From Oligoflexales bacterium (GTDB taxonomy: Bacteria > Bdellovibrionota_B > Oligoflexia > Oligoflexales > Bog-1112), in NCBI GenBank assembly GCA_045105515.1, contig JBGCDR010000439.1, positions 1-29,936 of the forward strand: 29,936 bases of DNA, in the 5' to 3' direction. Under the pieces are notes generated by a model. The model ran no database searches, was not told where the DNA came from, and saw nothing but the letters and a program-made list of their open reading frames with translations. Positions 26,956 to 29,936 of the stretch are shown here, one piece after another; within the stretch, counting starts at the first letter, position 1, and each line of letters starts with the position of its first letter. Made by a program: the position numbers and the translations under genes.

Positions 26956-27735
26956 ATGAAACAAAAGTATGATGTAAAATTTGGTGATGTTTGGAAAATG
27001 GGAGAGCACCGACTCCTGTGTGGAGATAGCACAGCAAAAGTTATGATCAAAGAATTTCTAAAAGAAAGGAAACCTAAACTCTGCATAACTGACCCGCCTT
27101 ACGGAATTAGCTATACATCACGCTGTGCAAATGAAGAGCTCTATAAGCTCAAACTAAAAAATGATCATACCGTCAGCTGGGGAGATGCCTTTCGCAATGC
27201 TCAAGCACCGGTTCTTTATGTTTGGTTTTCTTATAGGTACTTTGATATTACATCAAGAGCACTGATGGATGCCGAATATGATATCAGGCAAATGATTGTG
27301 TGGGCAAAGAATCATTTTTCACTCCAAAGACATATGTACCATCTTCAGCATGAACAAAGTTTAGTTTGTATTAAAGCTGGGGCAAAAGTCACAGATCATT
27401 GGAAAGGTGATCGTCGTCAAGTTTCACTCTGGAATGTTCCATCCGTGAATCACAAACATCGGATTCACCCAACAGAAAAGCCAGTTGGTGTTTACTCAAT
27501 TCCAATCAAAAATCATACGCTTAAAGGAGATGCTATTCTCGATATCTTCGCTGGATCCGGGGTTCTTTTTGAGGCAGCAGAACGGTTGGAAAGGGTAGGT
27601 TTGGGGGTTGAAATTTGCCCTAATACTTGCAGTTTGATTTTATCTAGAATGGAAAATATAGGCTGTAAAATAATCTTAGAATCAAACCTATTCGATCCCC
27701 CTCCAAGCCAATCAATGGCATTGTTAAGACGATAA
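26956..27735 (+). CDS. Orphan N6-adenine/N4-cytosine DNA methyltransferase (beta-type motif order)
   Basis: HRLLCGDS, TDPPY (motif IV), HPTEKP, DIFAGSG (motif I). Confidence 0.93.
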   Translation: MKQKYDVKFGDVWKMGEHRLLCGDSTAKVMIKEFLKERKPKLCITDPPYGISYTSRCANEELYKLKLKNDHTVSWGDAFRNAQAPVLYVWFSYRYFDITSRALMDAEYDIRQMIVWAKNHFSLQRHMYHLQHEQSLVCIKAGAKVTDHWKGDRRQVSLWNVPSVNHKHRIHPTEKPVGVYSIPIKNHTLKGDAILDIFAGSGVLFEAAERLERVGLGVEICPNTCSLILSRMENIGCKIILESNLFDPPPSQSMALLRR

Positions 27736-27788
27736 ACCCACAATCTTAATGCAAATGAATAAAATCTTTATAAAAGGAAGACCATATA

Positions 27789-28040
27789 GTGGTTAAATCT
27801 AGGAAAATAGCAGATCAGTCATCAAGAAAACAGTTCTCAACTTCTGAAATGGAAATGCTTGAAGTATCGGAAAAATATCGTTTAATGACTTCCACGGAAG
27901 CTTCAGAATTTCTACAAGTTAAACTTTCAACTCTATATACATGGGTTCATTGGAAGAAAATACCTTACAGAAAATATGGAAGGCTCCTACGATTTTGTAA
28001 GTATGAACTTATTGTATGGAGTAAATCATCCAACGATTGA
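27789..28040 (+). CDS. Excisionase-like HTH (HTH_17)
   Basis: LMTSTEASEFLQVKLSTLYTWV...IPYRKYGRLLRF; directly upstream of the integrase. Confidence 0.85.
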   Translation: MVKSRKIADQSSRKQFSTSEMEMLEVSEKYRLMTSTEASEFLQVKLSTLYTWVHWKKIPYRKYGRLLRFCKYELIVWSKSSND

Positions 28041-28154
28041 ATTGTTAACCAAAAATTAATGGGGAAAATATGATAATCTTATATAGTAAGACTCTTTGCT
28101 CTTTGACAATCTATCGAAGATTTGAAGCTCTAAAGTTCCTATGAAAGGAAATTT

Positions 28155-29246
28155 ATGGCTGTCAATTGTCGTAAAACTAAGAGTGGAAAAATAAGGTATG
28201 TGGTTAGAGTTAGGGATATTAATGGAAAATTCTTTCCAGCCCTAACATTCGATCGTAAGTCTGAAGCACAAACCTATGAAAGGGAATTAATCTCTCGGTC
28301 AAAAAATCAAGAATTTGCTTTAGAAAATTCTTTGAAGCGAAAAACAGTGGACGAGTATTTTGCTGAATGGTTTCAATTTAGAAAGCATAAAATTTCTGAA
28401 GGCTGGTTTAAATCTCAATTAAGAATGTATGACGTTTATTTTAAGAGACATCTAGCAAATCAATGTCTCTTAAATGTTAAACCACCTCACATTGGCTATG
28501 TACTCTCTCAAATGTATGACAAAGGGATGAGTGACCAATCTGTAAGACATGCTTACAACTTGCTAAATCATGCTTTCAAAGATGCTGTAGAGTACTTCGG
28601 ATATTTAGGCAAAAACCCTGTTTCTAAAAAGGACCGCCCAAAAGTTCATCGAACTGAAAGAGCCTATTTAAAGCCAAATGAATCATGGATCTTACTCAAC
28701 CATGGCAAAGACCATCATTTGGGACCTGCCATTTGGATTGCCATTTTAAGTGGTTTAAGAATTTCTGAAATCCAAGCTTTAAGATGGAAATCCATAGATT
28801 TTGAAAAGAATCAAATTTTGATTTGTGAAGCTTTCAAGCGCAGCATCAACAAAATCGAACCTTATCCAAAACAGAAAGATTGGGCCATTGTACCCATGCC
28901 TCAGGCCCTACATACCTACCTTGAAGAGCTAAGCAAGCACAAGTTCCCAGCTGATTTTGTGGCTCCGGCAAAATATGGGGGTATGCTAGACCATAGCAAG
29001 TTTTACCGAGGTTTAAAGAAGCTGACTAGTGAGCTGAACCTTAAACACATCTCACCTCATGGGCTTAGGCATTCTTGTACAGAAATTTGGTTCCAAAATG
29101 GCGCAAACCTTGAAGACGTTCGCAGGCTCTTAAACCACAAGACCTCTGAGACCACCCAGCGCTATGTCCACAGGACTGACGACCGCCTTTCTGAGCTAGC
29201 AAAGGCCATCACGAGTCCCAAATTCGAATTAGTTTTTGGAAGCTGA
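28155..29246 (+). CDS. Tyrosine recombinase/integrase
   Basis: N-terminal arm-binding region; catalytic GLRISE, PKQK, HGLRH, LNH, RYVH. Confidence 0.96.
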   Translation: MAVNCRKTKSGKIRYVVRVRDINGKFFPALTFDRKSEAQTYERELISRSKNQEFALENSLKRKTVDEYFAEWFQFRKHKISEGWFKSQLRMYDVYFKRHLANQCLLNVKPPHIGYVLSQMYDKGMSDQSVRHAYNLLNHAFKDAVEYFGYLGKNPVSKKDRPKVHRTERAYLKPNESWILLNHGKDHHLGPAIWIAILSGLRISEIQALRWKSIDFEKNQILICEAFKRSINKIEPYPKQKDWAIVPMPQALHTYLEELSKHKFPADFVAPAKYGGMLDHSKFYRGLKKLTSELNLKHISPHGLRHSCTEIWFQNGANLEDVRRLLNHKTSETTQRYVHRTDDRLSELAKAITSPKFELVFGS

Positions 29247-29271
29247 TGTTAACTTTTTGTTAACATTTTCG
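29247..29271 (+). repeat. Tandem 11-bp repeats, putative integrase arm sites (left arm)
   Basis: TGTTAACTTTT TGTTAACATTT TCG immediately after the integrase stop. Confidence 0.6.
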
Positions 29272-29280
29272 ATTTTGGGC

Positions 29281-29306
29281 AAAAAAAAACCTACCATGAG
29301 GAGGTT
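29281..29306 (-). terminator. Intrinsic terminator downstream of the tRNA 3' end
   Basis: Minus strand AACCTCC-TCAT-GGTAGGTT hairpin (one bulge) running into a T9 tract, about 30 nt after CCA. Confidence 0.5.
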
Positions 29307-29336
29307 ATATCTGTCTAATTTTGTTGAGCTTTAAAG

Positions 29337-29383
29337 TGGTCGGGGTGACTGGATTTGAACCAGCGACCTCATGCTCCCAAAGC
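29337..29383 (-). tRNA. 3' half of tRNA-Pro(TGG), 47 bp; att core, not a complete tRNA
   Basis: Minus strand GCTTTGGGAGCATGAGGTCGCTGGTTCAAATCCAGTCACCCCGACCA has the anticodon loop, T-arm, acceptor 3' strand and CCA; D-arm and 5' acceptor strand are absent. Confidence 0.88.
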
Positions 29384-29500
29384 TGAAATTAGCGAAAATG
29401 TAAGCTGCAAAAATCATTAAATTTAACTTAAATTTAAGAGCCTAAAGACGTGTTCGATATTTGATCAATTTGCTTCAATTTTGATGTGTTTGCATCTATT

Positions 29501-29526
29501 TGTTTAACATTCGTTTAACATTTTCG
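29501..29526 (+). repeat. Tandem 11-bp repeats, putative integrase arm sites (right arm)
   Basis: TGTTTAACATT CGTTTAACATT TTCG; shares TTAACATTTTCG exactly with 29260-29271. Confidence 0.6.
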
Positions 29527-29756
29527 CGTATAAGGTATGTTTCATGCTTTCTTATTATTGTTATTGAAGGTACCCATTTGTAGAGTAATTAGCATCGAGC
29601 GTTTTAAGATAAAAAATATCCTAATGTTATGATATAAAGTAAAACGTAAATCAATTCGCGCGGTCAATAAATACACAAGAAAATCATTTTTCTTGATCTC
29701 GATGGATATTTCAAGTATCCCTGTCAGCGTTAGGAACAATACAATACGAGGTTACC

Positions 29757-29936
29757 ATGAAGAAATTTTTATTGTCTTTATCCACAGTGTTCATACTCTC
29801 AACAAACTCTTTTGGACATCCTCCCGCAAACATGACAGCAAGTTACGACGCAAATGATAAGTCAGTAACTGTAAACCTTAGACACAGGACTTTGGATGGT
29901 AAAAGCCATCGAATTTCAAGCTATGAAGTATTTGTT
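29757..29936 (+). CDS. Secreted His-containing protein (partial, runs off the window), possibly metal-binding
   Basis: GAGG RBS; signal peptide MKKFLLSLSTVFILSTNSFG then HPPANMTASYD...H...H; frame open to the edge. Confidence 0.65.
   Translation, partial: MKKFLLSLSTVFILSTNSFGHPPANMTASYDANDKSVTVNLRHRTLDGKSHRISSYEVFV

Larger units (their letters stand above)
10040..29383 (+). mobile_element. Core of an integrative conjugative element (tra genes, coupling protein, relaxase, xis, int, att in tRNA-Pro); left boundary not seen
   Basis: Co-oriented T4SS operon, FtsK ATPase, relaxase, excisionase and tyrosine integrase next to a tRNA 3' fragment. Confidence 0.88.

Noticed and set aside
29337..29415. 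Complete tRNA-Pro gene
   Set aside because: Similarity stops at 29383; the anticodon stem 5' strand, D-arm and 5' acceptor strand cannot be formed
29542..29739. 65-aa minus-strand ORF
   Set aside because: AT-rich, weak start, no motif; more likely the promoter region of the gene at 29757

Overview
Most of this AT-rich window looks like a tRNA-Pro-targeting integrative conjugative element (ICE). The host may be Bdellovibrionota/Oligoflexia-like, which is inference only. Left end: an IS481-like element (342-1475). Accessory module (about 1630-6910): a WYL regulator, a MoxR-type AAA+ ATPase / HExxH-metallopeptidase-VWA / small-protein operon, a secreted thermonuclease and two small ORFs. All four transcription units carry the same GAC-N7-GTC operator at a fixed distance from a sigma28-like -10 box. 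Next come a deletion scar joining a truncated TM0106-like nuclease to a truncated sensor kinase, and a relic signalling operon. A long + strand conjugation region follows: two sigma70-region-4 proteins, TraU, a PilB/GspE ATPase, a TraF-like thioredoxin, pilin, TraL/E/K/B/V/C/H/G, an FtsK-type coupling protein and a MOBC/Replic_Relax-like relaxase. After that come a protein with an (AATACC)18 repeat, an orphan DNA methyltransferase, an excisionase and a tyrosine integrase. The element ends at a 3' half of tRNA-Pro flanked on both sides by arm-like repeats (attP-like or tandem junction). All calls come from reading motifs by eye; no searches were run.
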